From assembly GCA_030831315.1 (NCBI GenBank), contig JAURLI010000011.1:2722-66721 (forward strand): 64,000 nt of DNA, in the 5' to 3' direction. The stretch is from Alphaproteobacteria bacterium (GTDB taxonomy: Bacteria > Pseudomonadota > Alphaproteobacteria > SMXQ01). This document shows positions 48,516 through 60,125 of the stretch, piece after piece; position 1 is the stretch's first letter; every line of letters begins with the position of its first letter. Below the pieces are notes generated by a model. It saw only the letters and a program-made list of their open reading frames with translations, ran no database searches and was not told the origin of the DNA. The translations under genes were made by a program, and so were the position numbers.

Positions 48516-49583
48516 ATGAACGTTCGCACCACCGCTTCTGCCGCCCTGATCGCCGCCCTGGCCCTGGCAGGGGCTCCTGCCGTCGCCCAGGACATGAGCC
48601 ACCCATCCGGCCAGTACCTCTCGATCCAGACGGGGTTCAGCTTCCTCAAGTCGGCGACCTTCACCGGGTCCGGCGTGAACAGCAGGGCCGGCTACGATGA
48701 CGGTTTCGCCGGCGCGCTGGCCTTCGGCCATGCCTATGGCAATGGCGTGCGGGTCGAGGCCGAACTGGCCCGCCGCAAGAACGACTCAGATTATGCCTCC
48801 GGCAGTTCGGCGACCGGTTCAACCCGCGCCGACAGCCTGATGGTGAACGGTCTTTACGATTTTGCCGCGAGCAGCAGCTTCGTGCCTTACATCGGCGCCG
48901 GTCTCGGCCTTGCCCGTGTGAAGTCGAGCGTGTCGCCCATCGGCAGTTCGACGGTTACCGGCGACGACACCACGCCTGCCTGGCAGGCGATGGTGGGTGC
49001 CGCGATCCCGCTCGGCAATGGTCTTGAAATCACGGCCGATCTTCGTCACTTCTCGACCCTCAATGATGCGAAGCTGGGACTTGCTTCTGGCACCGCGGTT
49101 GAAACGCCCTACCGCGACAACAGCGTCATGCTCGGTCTTCGTTGGCGTTTCGGCGCTCCGGCGGCAAAACCGCAGCCCGAACCGGTGGCAGCACCCGCGC
49201 CCGCACCCGCGCCGGCACCCGTCGCCAAGGCCGCGCCCGCACCGGCACCGGCAGCGCCGCGTTCGTTCCTGATCTTCTTCGATTGGGACAAGTCGAACAT
49301 TCGCCCGGACGCCCAGAAGATTCTGGAGGCCGCTGCGGCAGCCGCCAAGTCCGGCGCCCGCGTCTCCATTCAGTTGACCGGCCATGCCGACCGCTCCGGC
49401 ACCACGCGCTACAACCAGCGCCTGTCGGAGCGCCGCGCCAACGCGGCGAAGGCGGAGCTCGTCAAGCTCGGCCTTTCGTCGGGTTCGATTGCCACTGTCG
49501 GCCGCGGCGAATCCCAGCCGCTGGTTGCCACCGCCGACGGCGTGCGCGAGCCGCGTAACCGCCGCGTCGAGATCCAGTTCTAG
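48516..49583 (+). CDS. OmpA family outer-membrane protein (beta-barrel, PA linker, OmpA_C)
   Basis: PYIGAGLG, (PA)n linker, FFDWD, GHAD, YNQRLSERRA, NRRVEI. Confidence 0.92.
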   Translation: MNVRTTASAALIAALALAGAPAVAQDMSHPSGQYLSIQTGFSFLKSATFTGSGVNSRAGYDDGFAGALAFGHAYGNGVRVEAELARRKNDSDYASGSSATGSTRADSLMVNGLYDFAASSSFVPYIGAGLGLARVKSSVSPIGSSTVTGDDTTPAWQAMVGAAIPLGNGLEITADLRHFSTLNDAKLGLASGTAVETPYRDNSVMLGLRWRFGAPAAKPQPEPVAAPAPAPAPAPVAKAAPAPAPAAPRSFLIFFDWDKSNIRPDAQKILEAAAAAAKSGARVSIQLTGHADRSGTTRYNQRLSERRANAAKAELVKLGLSSGSIATVGRGESQPLVATADGVREPRNRRVEIQF

Positions 49584-49620
49584 TCTTTCGTCTGGGGGAG
49601 GGGCCGTTAACGCGGCCCGA

Positions 49621-49659
49621 AAAGAAAAAGCCCGCGAGTTTCTCGCGGGTTTTTTCTTT
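49621..49659. terminator. Bidirectional intrinsic terminator
   Basis: A run - GCCCGCGAG-TTT-CTCGCGGGT - T run. Confidence 0.85.
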
Positions 49660-49665
49660 GTCGGC

Positions 49666-51816
49666 TCAGTGTGTCGCGATGCGCCTGCGCCCGCGGTCGG
49701 TGCGAATGTTCCAGGCCACGATCAGCACGATGACGGCGGCACCGATGCTGTCGACGATGACGTTGTTCGGCCAGATCACGGCGACGCCGGCAGCGGCGGA
49801 GGCGATGCGCAGCGGCCAGTTGAGCGGCGCTTCCATGTGGCCTTCAAGCGCGGCGCCGAGCGCATAGACCGCCAGTACCGCGACGACGAAGATCATCAGC
49901 ATTTCGCCAACCGAGCCGTACAGAAACGCCGTATAGGCGAACAGGATCGGCATCAGGTAGAGCCCCTTGGCCAGCCGCCAGGCGGTGAAGCCGCACGCCA
50001 TGTGGGGCGCGCGCGCGATGGCGGCCGCGGCGAAGGCGGCGAGGCAGACGGGCGGGGTGACGTTCGAATCCTGGCTCAGCCAGAAGATGATCATGTGCGC
50101 CGACAGAAGCGCCGCAGTGACGACGGTGGGGTCGAGCGCCGACGGATACACCAGACGCAGGATTTCAGGCGACGTCGCGCCGAGCAGCGCTTCGGCCGCC
50201 TCGCGGCTCATCGGCTGGGCAAGCTTGGTGAGCGCCATCGGATCGGCCAGCAAGAAGGGGGCGCGCGCCGCCTCCGGCAGGGTGCCCGCCACCAGCGCGT
50301 CGATCAGGAAGGCATTCTGGATCAGCGCCTGCAGGGCGGGTGCGGAAAGGGTAGCGAGCACGATATAGGCGGCCGTTACCGGCAGGCCCATGCCGAGCAC
50401 CAGCGAGGCAAGCGCGATCAGCACCAGGGCGATGAACAGGCTGTGGCCCGACCACTGCGCGATCATCAGCGAAAACGTGTTGCCGATACCCGTCATGGCG
50501 ATGACGTTGACCATCAGCCCTACCGTCACCAGCAGAACCGCGGTCATCGTCATGTTGCGCGCACCCAGGATCAGCGCTTCGATGATGGCGCGTGGCCCCA
50601 TGCGGTTGGGCGTCGTCCAGCTCGCCACGATCACCGCGACGATGGCACAGCCGGCCGCATAGACGGGTGTGAAACCCACAACCAGCAGGACGATCAGTGT
50701 CGTCAGCGGCACGATGAAGGCGATGCCGCCGTGACGCAGAAGCTGGCCCACGTTTTCGCCCTCGATGCTGTCCACTGCCTGCAGGTTGCGTTTCTTCGCC
50801 TCGATGCGCACGAAGAATGCCACCGACAGGAAATAGACCAGTGCCGGCAGTACGCTGACCGCGACGATGTCGAGATAAGGAATCTGGGTATTCGACGCCA
50901 TGATGAAGGCGCCCGCGCCCATGATCGGCGGCATCAGCTGGCCGCCCGTGGATGCTGCCGATTCGACGCCGGCAGCAAAGCGCGCCGGGAAACCCGAACG
51001 CTTCATCAGCGGAATGGTGATGACGCCGGTGGTCACCGTATTGGCGACAGCGGATCCTGAAATCGTGCCGGTCAGGCCGGATGCCAGCACGGCAACGAAG
51101 CCGGGCCCGCCCTGAAAGCGCCCCGCGGCAAGGCGCGCAAGGCCGATGATGAATTCACCGGCGCCCGATCGCACCAGAAACGCGCCGAACAGGATGAACA
51201 TCGCGACATAGGTTGCACTGATGCGCCCGATGGTGCCGAACATGCCTTCGTCGGCGAAGATGGAGCGGAACACGATCGTCTCTACCGACAGCCCGGCGAA
51301 TTTGAGAACGCCCGGAACCATGGCGCCGAGCGGCGAAGCATAGGCAAGGGAGATCAGGATGATGACCGGTATCAGCCATCCTGCCGTGCGGCGCGTCAGC
51401 TCGATGCCGCCACCGATGGCGATCGCCGCGGCGATCCAGTGTTCGGGGGAAAGACGCACGCCCTGATCGTAGATCGTGTCTTCGGATGCGATGATGAATG
51501 CGGTTGCGGCGGCGACAATGATGCCGAGGCAGGTATCGAAAACAGGCAAGGTGCTGGTTGTGCCCCCGCCTTTGCGCGTCGCCGGATAGCGCAGTGCGCA
51601 CAAAAGCGCGAAGCCGGCGAAATGCAGCGCGACCATCCAGTTGTCGGCGCCGATGCCGATGATGTTGGCGTAGATGTGATAAAGCGAAACGATGACCGCC
51701 AGCGCCGCGAACACGGCGCCGCCCGGCCCGGTCAACTCGCGGGTCGCGGCCTCATGGGCGCCCTCGCCCGGATCTTCCGTCCCGGCGGTGTCGTCGCTGG
51801 TCGCCTTATCCGTCAT
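49666..51816 (-). CDS. TRAP transporter fused 4TM/12TM permease (TAXI type)
   Basis: GSAVAN, ASTGGQLMPPIMGA, LGMGLP, TPPVC. Confidence 0.93.
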   Translation of the reverse strand: MTDKATSDDTAGTEDPGEGAHEAATRELTGPGGAVFAALAVIVSLYHIYANIIGIGADNWMVALHFAGFALLCALRYPATRKGGGTTSTLPVFDTCLGIIVAAATAFIIASEDTIYDQGVRLSPEHWIAAAIAIGGGIELTRRTAGWLIPVIILISLAYASPLGAMVPGVLKFAGLSVETIVFRSIFADEGMFGTIGRISATYVAMFILFGAFLVRSGAGEFIIGLARLAAGRFQGGPGFVAVLASGLTGTISGSAVANTVTTGVITIPLMKRSGFPARFAAGVESAASTGGQLMPPIMGAGAFIMASNTQIPYLDIVAVSVLPALVYFLSVAFFVRIEAKKRNLQAVDSIEGENVGQLLRHGGIAFIVPLTTLIVLLVVGFTPVYAAGCAIVAVIVASWTTPNRMGPRAIIEALILGARNMTMTAVLLVTVGLMVNVIAMTGIGNTFSLMIAQWSGHSLFIALVLIALASLVLGMGLPVTAAYIVLATLSAPALQALIQNAFLIDALVAGTLPEAARAPFLLADPMALTKLAQPMSREAAEALLGATSPEILRLVYPSALDPTVVTAALLSAHMIIFWLSQDSNVTPPVCLAAFAAAAIARAPHMACGFTAWRLAKGLYLMPILFAYTAFLYGSVGEMLMIFVVAVLAVYALGAALEGHMEAPLNWPLRIASAAAGVAVIWPNNVIVDSIGAAVIVLIVAWNIRTDRGRRRIATH

Positions 51817-51825
51817 GGCGGATCA

Positions 51826-51852
51826 CCGGGGCCCGCCTAAGGCAGGCCCCGG
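51826..51852 (-). other. Intercistronic stem-loop between the SBP and permease genes
   Basis: Sense strand CCGGGGCCUGCC-UUA-GGCGGGCCCCGG; the single DNA mismatch is a U.G pair; no U tract. Confidence 0.6.
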
Positions 51853-51864
51853 CAGATAAACCGC

Positions 51865-52899
51865 TCAGCGCTTGAGGCGCGCGGGAATCTTGACGCCCAC
51901 TTCCTCGTAGTACTTGACCGCGCCCGGATGCAGCGGCAGCGGCAGGCCCGCGATGGCGGCCTCGATCGACATCGCCTTTGTCGCGGGGTGGATGCTCTGC
52001 AGGAAGGGCAGGTTTTCGTAGACGGTCTTGGTGATCATGTAGATCGTCTGCGACGGAAGATCGTCGCGCACGGCGAGGAAGTTCGGCTGGGCGATCGTGT
52101 TGATGTCCTGCTTCTGTCCCGGATAGGTGCCCGCCTTGATGTTGTAGGGCACCCACAGGTCGTCGAACTTGCCGTTCGCTTTCTTGACCTGGTCGGCGGT
52201 GAAGTCGAGTACCCGCACGCCGTCGCCGCCCATGGTGGCGAAGGCGGTGGTGATGGCTGCGACCGGCGCGCCTGCCGGGGTCGAGATCAGGTCCGCCTGA
52301 CCGTTGCGCATGGCATCGACGCTGGGACCGTAGCCCGCGTAGATCAGCTTGAAGTCCTTGTCGATGTCATAGCCGAGGTTGCCGAGGATCGTCTTGTTCG
52401 ACCCGAGCGTGCCGGAATTGCGCGCCCCCAGCGATGCCGAGCGGCCCTTCAGCCCGGCGATGTCGCTCATGTTGCCGGACTTGACGAAGTCCTTCTTGAC
52501 CACGAAGTGCTCGACGTTGGCCCACAGCATGGTGACCGAACGCAGTGCCTTCTGCGGACCATCCTTGGCGAGCGGGCCGGTGCCCGTCGCGGCATAGGCC
52601 CCATAGAGGCCCTGCAGGATGGCGAACTGCGCTTCATTGGTGCGCAGCAGCTTGATGTTCTCGCCCGACCCGGCGGAGCTGATCGCCGACATGTTGATCT
52701 TGTGCTTGGGCTGCAGCTTGACCTTGACCAGCGTCGCCAGCGCCACGCCGACGGGGTAGTAGGTGCCGCCGGTGGATGCCGTCGCGAGGACGAAGTTCTG
52801 TGCCCCCTGCGCGCGGGCATCGGCCGCGGGCATGGCGAAGCCCAGCGACACGGCGATTGCCGTTGCGGCAAGGATTCGTGGTGTGCGGAAATGGTGCAT
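51865..52899 (-). CDS. TAXI-family TRAP solute-binding protein
   Basis: ATASTGGTYYPVG, SAGSGEN, GTYPGQ, PLHPGA..YY; GGAGG RBS. Confidence 0.93.
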   Translation of the reverse strand: MHHFRTPRILAATAIAVSLGFAMPAADARAQGAQNFVLATASTGGTYYPVGVALATLVKVKLQPKHKINMSAISSAGSGENIKLLRTNEAQFAILQGLYGAYAATGTGPLAKDGPQKALRSVTMLWANVEHFVVKKDFVKSGNMSDIAGLKGRSASLGARNSGTLGSNKTILGNLGYDIDKDFKLIYAGYGPSVDAMRNGQADLISTPAGAPVAAITTAFATMGGDGVRVLDFTADQVKKANGKFDDLWVPYNIKAGTYPGQKQDINTIAQPNFLAVRDDLPSQTIYMITKTVYENLPFLQSIHPATKAMSIEAAIAGLPLPLHPGAVKYYEEVGVKIPARLKR

Positions 52900-52981
52900 G
52901 GTTGCCTCCTGTTGTGTGTTCCGGTGATGTCGTGATGCGGCGTTGGGGGAAAACACCATCGCCATACAAAGCCCGTGAACT

Positions 52982-52991
52982 TTGTATACAT
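52982..52991. promoter_or_regulatory. Possible GntR-family operator
   Basis: TTGTATACAT palindromic core upstream of the TAXI operon. Confidence 0.4.
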
Positions 52992-53050
52992 TTTCCAAAA
53001 CTAGAGAGGCCGCCGCAAGCCCTGTTCCGGTGTTCCGTGCCGGGGGCATG

Positions 53051-53072
53051 AAAAAACCCGCCAGCGGCGGGT
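53051..53072 (-). terminator. Intrinsic terminator
   Basis: Minus strand ACCCGCC-GCT-GGCGGGT followed by a T run. Confidence 0.7.
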
Positions 53073-53097
53073 CGGGAGCAGGTGCTTGAGGGAAAGG

Positions 53098-53547
53098 CTA
53101 CTGGTCGATGAGCATTTCCGCTTCCTCGACGATGCGACCGGCGGTCTGGTCCTCGTCGGTGCGGTTGATCGCTTCGAACCGGGCCAGGGCATTGACGCAG
53201 AAGTTCCGGTCGCCCATCGAGGCCAGCGAGGCGTCGTTGGCAAGCCCGGTGATGAAGGCATCAAGCCGGCGCGTCGCCGCGGAGCCATGGTGGCGCTTGA
53301 AATAGGCCTTCAATACGCGGGCATTTTCCGACAGCGCCGGGCGGAAACGATGCACGAAGGTGTTGTAGGCATCGCGATGGCGCATGTCGTTGCACGACAG
53401 GGCGGCGACCATCAGTTCCGACTGCAGGCGGCGGAAGGCGAAGGCTTCGCTCTCGGCGGGCGCAAGCCTGCTTGCCTGCTGGGCCAATGCAGGCCCCGCC
53501 AGACAAACGAGCACGCCAAGCGTCGCAATGAAACCCCTGTACGGCAT
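53098..53547 (-). CDS. Hypothetical exported protein
   Basis: Signal peptide; LQSELMVAALSC...ITGLAN...FC; start may be 53586. Confidence 0.7.
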   Translation of the reverse strand: MPYRGFIATLGVLVCLAGPALAQQASRLAPAESEAFAFRRLQSELMVAALSCNDMRHRDAYNTFVHRFRPALSENARVLKAYFKRHHGSAATRRLDAFITGLANDASLASMGDRNFCVNALARFEAINRTDEDQTAGRIVEEAEMLIDQ

Positions 53548-53612
53548 AGGTCGGTTTTCCCCATCCCCTGGTGCCTTCTTCGACACCGGCCCTGCCAGCC
53601 TTGCACGCGGAC

Positions 53613-53628
53613 GTTAACGCGTCGTTAG
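53613..53628 (-). promoter_or_regulatory. Putative CtrA box
   Basis: Minus strand CTAA-N7-TTAAC upstream of the 53547 gene. Confidence 0.5.
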
Positions 53629-53635
53629 CGCCCTG

Positions 53636-54151
53636 TCACCCCCGATTCCCGGCGCATTTGCCGGAAAATGGCTTGAAACCGGCAGTTTTGGCCCTTTCCG
53701 CCCCGACCACCAGCACCCACAGGTAGCGTCCGTCAGTGCTGCGCTCGCGGGCGGCTCCGGCGGCCCGGGCGCCCGCCGCCCGCATGTTGCGGGCGTGTCC
53801 CGGGCTCGCCCGCCAGAGGGCCACGACCTCGGCCGCCTCCGCGCCGGCCAGGGCCAGGTTTTCGGCTGCCATCGCATAGGGGTAGCCGGCCGCGGCAAGG
53901 CGTTCCGTAAGGTCGCCGCCGTTGCTGCCGGCGTGGGAAAACCGGCCGCTCGCGGCAAGATCGCGGGCGTGCGCCCGTGCCGCGCAGGCGAGCCGGGCTT
54001 CGGGGACGAGGGTGGCCAGCCCGGCTCCCGCCCGTTCGGCGTTGACGGCGGCGATCAACGCCGCCTCCGGGCCACCCTCGGCCGCCGCCGGCAGGGCCGA
54101 TGCCAGCACCAAAAAAGCCGCCAAAATTGCGCCGAAGCGTCCCTTGATCAT
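53636..54151 (-). CDS. CAP/SCP domain exported protein
   Basis: [29 protein letters not shown]. Confidence 0.88.
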   Translation of the reverse strand: MIKGRFGAILAAFLVLASALPAAAEGGPEAALIAAVNAERAGAGLATLVPEARLACAARAHARDLAASGRFSHAGSNGGDLTERLAAAGYPYAMAAENLALAGAEAAEVVALWRASPGHARNMRAAGARAAGAARERSTDGRYLWVLVVGAERAKTAGFKPFSGKCAGNRG

Positions 54152-54268
54152 GGTGCAAGCCTATCCTTCGCCACCTGCGCGCGCCAGCGGCCCGCGGTTG
54201 CGGGCGGGCACGGTTGCGACTATTCTCCGCCCGCTTTGAAAACCCCTCAACCAACCCGGGGAACAGCC

Positions 54269-55482
<1,214 letters not shown>

Positions 55483-55486
<4 letters not shown>

Positions 55487-56211
55487 CGGGGGAACAGGCC
55501 GGGCAGCAGCGGCACGTCGATGACGATGCGGTGCCCGAACAACAGGACAAAGTAGACGACGACGCCTGCGGCGATCCGGTTCCATCCGATCTCGCGCAGC
55601 GTGACACGCGTCTTTCCCGACACGATTGCCGCCAAGGGCACGACCGAGGATGCCGCAACGAAACGCGCCCAGGCCTCGTTGCCGCTTGCAGCACGCTTGG
55701 CTTCGATATGCCAGATGCCGCCCAGCGTAAGTGCCAGCATGCCGCCGAACAGGATCAGCGATGCCATGTCGCCGTTGGTCATCAGGTGCAGCGCCGCCCA
55801 CAGCGCGATGGCGATCATCACCGGGTGGCGCGTCACCTTCTGGATGCCGATGGGTCCGCGACCGTCGACCAGCAAGCGCCCGAAACCGACGGCGCCCGGG
55901 TTTGCCGTCGCCACGCCGCAGGTTGCAAGAATGGAAGCGAAGGGCATGACCGCGACCGTTACCCAGCGTGCCCAGCGGGGGTCGCCCCACAGGTCGTGAA
56001 AGGGCGCGCGCGCATAGGCGATACACATCCAGGCGAAGGTGGCGAAGGCGACCGCCGAATAAAAAATCAGGAAGGCCTGCTCGCCCATCCTGCCGGCAAG
56101 CCGCGAGCGGACCGGTCCGAACGACAGGATGAAATGCGACAGCACAAAGGATGCGGTCGCGGCAAGAAGCGGAGTGAAGCTGGCGCTGACGCCGGGCAGG
56201 GACGGTTCCAT
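55483..56211 (-). CDS. NnrU family membrane protein
   Basis: F.LSH, YSAV, TRHP, WAALHL..NGD. Confidence 0.85.
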
Positions 56212-56221
56212 GCCCGTGAGT

Positions 56222-56428
56222 CTAGTCCTCCCGGCGCGTGCGTGTCACGTGCCACGCGCCGGCGAGAGCCAGAAGGTTGGCGCCCGCGATTGCGACGCCG
56301 GATTTCCAGCCGATGATGATGCCGGCGGCGTCGGTGCGCGGGAAAAGAAGGTCCGACAAGTAAAAGAAATTGACGCCGGCCAGTCCGATCACGATCAACG
56401 CAATGGCAGAAATTCGCCTGTTTTCCAC
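56222..56428 (-). CDS. Hypothetical 2-TM small protein
   Basis: Two hydrophobic segments; GTG start assumed; 10 bp upstream of the NnrU-family gene. Confidence 0.55.
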   Translation of the reverse strand: MENRRISAIALIVIGLAGVNFFYLSDLLFPRTDAAGIIIGWKSGVAIAGANLLALAGAWHVTRTRRED

Positions 56429-56529
56429 GACGCAACCCCCCGAGATCAACGTCTTTTACGGCTATCGCTTTAGTATATTGGCAAAATCGAACCCTTGCGA
56501 GTCTGCCGCATCGGCGGCTCGCTTTCGGC

Positions 56530-57417
56530 TCAGACCTCGGGCTGCGGCAGGTTCCTGCTGCGGCAGGCGGCGATCAGCGTATTGCGCAGGAGACAGGCGA
56601 TCGTCATCGGGCCGACACCCCCCGGTACCGGGGTGATGTGACCGGCCCGCGCCGCCGCCCCGTCGAAATCGACGTCGCCGACCAGCCGCGTCTTGCCACC
56701 CTCGGCAGGGACGCGGTTGATGCCGACATCGATGACCGCGGCACCCTCTCGAATCCACTCACCCCTGATCATGCGCGCGCGCCCGACGGCGGCGATGACG
56801 ATATCGGCGCGCCCGCATTCGCCCGCCAGATCCTGCGTGCGCGAATGGGCGATGGTGACCGTGCAGTTTTCAGCGAGCAGCAGTGCGGCCATCGGCTTGC
56901 CGACGATGTTCGAACGCCCGACCACCAGTGCGCGCTTGCCTGACAGGTCGCCGACCGCGTCGCGCAACAGCAGGATGCAGCCTTGCGGGGTGCAGGGCAC
57001 CAGCGCGCTCGCATCGCCTGTCTGCAGCTTGCCGACATTGACCAGGTGAAAGCCGTCGACGTCCTTGGCCGGGTCGATGGCCTGGGTCACGCGGGCCTCG
57101 TCGATATGCGCCGGCAGCGGCAGTTGCACCAGGATGCCGTGAATGGCGGGATCGCGGTTGAGCTTCGCCACCAGGTCGAGAACCGCCGCTTCGCTTGTGT
57201 CTGCGGCAAGGCGATGGGTGACCGACAGCATGCCTGCCGCTTCCGTCGCTGCTCCCTTGTTGCGCACGTAGACCTGGCTCGCCGGGTCTTCGCCCACCAG
57301 CACGACGGCAAGCCCGGGCGTCAGTCCCGCCTCCGACTTGAGCCGCGCGACCTCGGCGCCGATGCGCCCGCGCAGGCCCTCGGCGAAAGCCTTGCCGTCG
57401 ATGATGGATGCGCTCAC
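56530..57417 (-). CDS. folD: Methylenetetrahydrofolate dehydrogenase/cyclohydrolase
   Basis: [34 protein letters not shown]. Confidence 0.97.
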   Translation of the reverse strand: MSASIIDGKAFAEGLRGRIGAEVARLKSEAGLTPGLAVVLVGEDPASQVYVRNKGAATEAAGMLSVTHRLAADTSEAAVLDLVAKLNRDPAIHGILVQLPLPAHIDEARVTQAIDPAKDVDGFHLVNVGKLQTGDASALVPCTPQGCILLLRDAVGDLSGKRALVVGRSNIVGKPMAALLLAENCTVTIAHSRTQDLAGECGRADIVIAAVGRARMIRGEWIREGAAVIDVGINRVPAEGGKTRLVGDVDFDGAAARAGHITPVPGGVGPMTIACLLRNTLIAACRSRNLPQPEV

Positions 57418-57418
57418 G

Positions 57419-57775
57419 TCATGTCCCCTTTTGCCCGGCGGCTTCGCATTCGGCCGCTATGCGCGCCAGTATAGTCGCGCCGTCGCCTGCGACCAGTATG
57501 GTCTTGCGGCGGTCCTTCTCGCCGGCGGTAATGGTGAAGGCGCTCTTCGGAAATTTCCAGCGCCTTGCCAGCAGGGCGATCAGGCGCGCGTTGGCCTTGC
57601 CGCCTTCTGCCGCGACCGTCAGTGCGATCTTGAGCCGCACCGTGCCGTCGGCGTCCGTAACGATCCCTTTGATACCCTCGCGGCGCGCACCGGGTTGCAC
57701 GCGCAGGCGCAGTATCACGCCGCTGCCGTCCGCGCGCGGCTCGGCGGGCAGGGTGATGCCGGGTATCTCGGACAT
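57419..57775 (-). CDS. DUF167/YggU family protein
   Basis: RVQPGA, GKAN, GEKDRRK. Confidence 0.85.
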   Translation of the reverse strand: MSEIPGITLPAEPRADGSGVILRLRVQPGARREGIKGIVTDADGTVRLKIALTVAAEGGKANARLIALLARRWKFPKSAFTITAGEKDRRKTILVAGDGATILARIAAECEAAGQKGT

Positions 57776-57787
57776 GAAGGGACGGGG

Positions 57788-58066
57788 CTACAGGAGGTAG
57801 CGGAACATCAGGTCGCGGATCAGCCAGATGGCCAGCAACAGCACCACCGGCGATACGTCGATGCCGCCGATGTTGGGCACAAGGCGCCGGATCGGCCGCA
57901 GCACGGGCTCGGTGATCCGGTAGAGAAAATCGCTGACCATGTAGACGAACCGGTTGCGCGTGTTGATCACGTCGAAGGCGACCAGCCAGCTGACGACGAC
58001 CCAGGCGATCAGCAGCCAGGTGTAGATTTCGAGGATGATATTGACGAGCAGGATCAGTGAAGTCAT
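57788..58066 (-). CDS. YggT family membrane protein
   Basis: SWLVAFDVIN, TEPVLRPIRR, GIDVSP. Confidence 0.9.
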   Translation of the reverse strand: MTSLILLVNIILEIYTWLLIAWVVVSWLVAFDVINTRNRFVYMVSDFLYRITEPVLRPIRRLVPNIGGIDVSPVVLLLAIWLIRDLMFRYLL

Positions 58067-58210
58067 GGCGCCCGGCGGTTCCGCAACGGTGGTTGGCGGC
58101 CAAACCCTAGCGACGAAAGGCGTTACTGGCAAGGCGCGCGGGTCCCGGGAATGGCTTCGGAGCCCGGAAAAACGGGGAATTTTAGCGATCCCGGGCCGAC
58201 CCCTGCGGGC

Positions 58211-58239
58211 TTGACAGGAAACGGCCTCCCCCACATTAT
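58211..58239 (+). promoter_or_regulatory. Sigma70 promoter of tRNA-Ala
   Basis: TTGACA-N17-CATTAT. Confidence 0.7.
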
Positions 58240-58279
58240 CCGGCCTTCCCGAAAATCGGGACATTGCCGCGGGGCCCGT

Positions 58280-58355
58280 GGGGCAGTAGCTCAGTTGGGA
58301 GAGCGCGACGTTCGCAATGTCGAGGTCAGGGGTTCGATTCCCCTCTGCTCCACCA
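58280..58355 (+). tRNA. tRNA-Ala(CGC)
   Basis: 76 nt; acceptor GGGGCAG/CTGCTCC with G3.U70; anticodon loop TTCGCAA; CCA. Confidence 0.97.
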
Positions 58356-58417
58356 CCCGCCCCGCATCATTAGTATCTACGTTTGCCACGAGACCCCCGC
58401 CCGGGGGCCTTGTTGCT

Positions 58418-59638
58418 TCAGCCGCTTGCGGCAAGCCAGTCGAGGACGCCGCGGCCCGCGGCCGCTCCCGTTGCCATGCAGCCCTGCAGCAGGTAGCCGC
58501 CGGTCGGCGCTTCCCAGTCGAGCATTTCGCCCGCCACAAACACGCCGGGCCTTTTGCGCAGCATCAGGCGCTCGTCCACTTCCGCAAGGGCGATGCCGCC
58601 CGCCGTCGAAATGGCGCGCGCGATATCGAAGGGTGCCGTCAGCGTCACCGGCAGCGCCTTGATCAGTTGGACGAGCGGCGCCTCTGCGCCGTCATGCAGC
58701 GCCTCCTGCACGAGGCCGATGGCGGCGGGGGAAAGCCCCGCGGCCTTGCGCAGGAAGTTCGAAAGCGTGGCACCTGCGCGCGGGCGCGACAGTCTTTCCG
58801 CAAGAATCTTTTCCGTCAGGTCCGGACGCAGGTCGAGATGAACCGTGGCGCTGCCTTTTGCGGCGATCTCCTCGCGCAGTGCGGCGGAAATCTGGTAGAT
58901 GACGCCACCCTCGATACCGTTTGCCGTGATCACCGCCTCGCCGCGCAGCCGGCGATCCAGAAACGCGATGCCGATCCTCTTGAGCGGCGCACCCGCGTGT
59001 CGCTTTCGGAAAACATCCGACCACGCGACGCAAAATCCGCAGTTGGCGGGCCTGAGCGGCGCAGTGGCGATGTCCGACAGGATGTTCGTCCAGTGCCCGT
59101 CGGAACCGAGCCGCGGCCAGGATGCGCCGCCCAGCGCCAGAACGGCCGCATCGGCGGCGAAACTTTCGCCGTTCGCAAACGACAGCGCGCCGGCATCGTT
59201 CCATCCAGTCCATTCTGCGCGTGTGCGGAAGCTCACGCCGGCATCGTTCAATCGCCGCAGCCATGCGCGCAGCAGCGGGCTCGCCTTCATCGCTTTGGGA
59301 AAGACGCGGCCGCTTGATCCGACGAAGGTCGGCTGGCCCAACCCCTCGCACCAGGCGATCAGCGCATGCGGCGGGAATGCTTCCAGCAGCGGTGCCATCC
59401 ACGCCGCCGCGTCGCCGTAGCGCGCGAGAAAGGCATCGAAAGGTTCCGAATGGGTCAGGTTGAGTCCGCCGCGCCCGGCCATCAGCAGCTTGCGCCCGAC
59501 GCTCGGCATTCTTTCGAAGACGGTGACGGGCAGGCCCGCGGCCGAAATGATCTCGGCCGCCATCAGACCGGCGGGGCCGCCGCCGATGACGGCGACGCGC
59601 GGGGATTTTTGCGGAAATGCGGGGGCGGTGTCGGTCAC
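58418..59638 (-). CDS. HI0933/BaiN-like flavoprotein (TIGR03862-like)
   Basis: GGGPAGL, AGRGGLNLT, GSSGRVFP, GEMLDWEAPTGGYLLQ. Confidence 0.9.
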   Translation of the reverse strand: MTDTAPAFPQKSPRVAVIGGGPAGLMAAEIISAAGLPVTVFERMPSVGRKLLMAGRGGLNLTHSEPFDAFLARYGDAAAWMAPLLEAFPPHALIAWCEGLGQPTFVGSSGRVFPKAMKASPLLRAWLRRLNDAGVSFRTRAEWTGWNDAGALSFANGESFAADAAVLALGGASWPRLGSDGHWTNILSDIATAPLRPANCGFCVAWSDVFRKRHAGAPLKRIGIAFLDRRLRGEAVITANGIEGGVIYQISAALREEIAAKGSATVHLDLRPDLTEKILAERLSRPRAGATLSNFLRKAAGLSPAAIGLVQEALHDGAEAPLVQLIKALPVTLTAPFDIARAISTAGGIALAEVDERLMLRKRPGVFVAGEMLDWEAPTGGYLLQGCMATGAAAGRGVLDWLAASG

Positions 59639-59690
59639 GGCCTGTTATGCACCGCGCGGGCGCACTGATTCCAGCGCTAAAAAGCGCGGG

Positions 59691-60125
59691 CTACTTCACA
59701 AGGGTGACCGGAACCTTCGACTTGGCGAGAACGTCCGTGGTGACCGATCCCAGCAACAGCCCGACCGCGCCGCCGAGACCGCGTGTGCCCATGACGATGT
59801 CGTCGCAGCCGAGGTCGTCGCAGAACTCGACAATGATATCCGCCGGTTCGCCGACGCCGATGTGCAGCGCGGTCTTGAGTCCGGCCTGCGCCACGCGGCT
59901 TTCCGCGGGCCTCAGCACCTTCATGCCTTCGTCGTGGTGGAAGCCCTGCAGCACACGCTTGCCGACGAAAGCGGAGACATCGCCCGACACCGGCCGCTGC
60001 ACGTTAAGCAAATGCACTTCGCCGACGAGGCCCGACGCCGCGTAGGCGACGACAAGCTCGACCGCGCGGTTGGAATTGTCCGAGCCATCAACCGGCAGGA
60101 GGATCTTTCGCGGCTTCATCGTCAT
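59691..60125 (-). CDS. Universal stress protein
   Basis: ILLPVDGS, IVMGTRG...LLGSV. Confidence 0.93.
   Translation of the reverse strand: MTMKPRKILLPVDGSDNSNRAVELVVAYAASGLVGEVHLLNVQRPVSGDVSAFVGKRVLQGFHHDEGMKVLRPAESRVAQAGLKTALHIGVGEPADIIVEFCDDLGCDDIVMGTRGLGGAVGLLLGSVTTDVLAKSKVPVTLVK

Noticed and set aside
49180-49260. GCACCC/GCGCCC-type short repeats
   Set aside because: They encode the ordinary Pro-Ala linker of the OmpA-family protein
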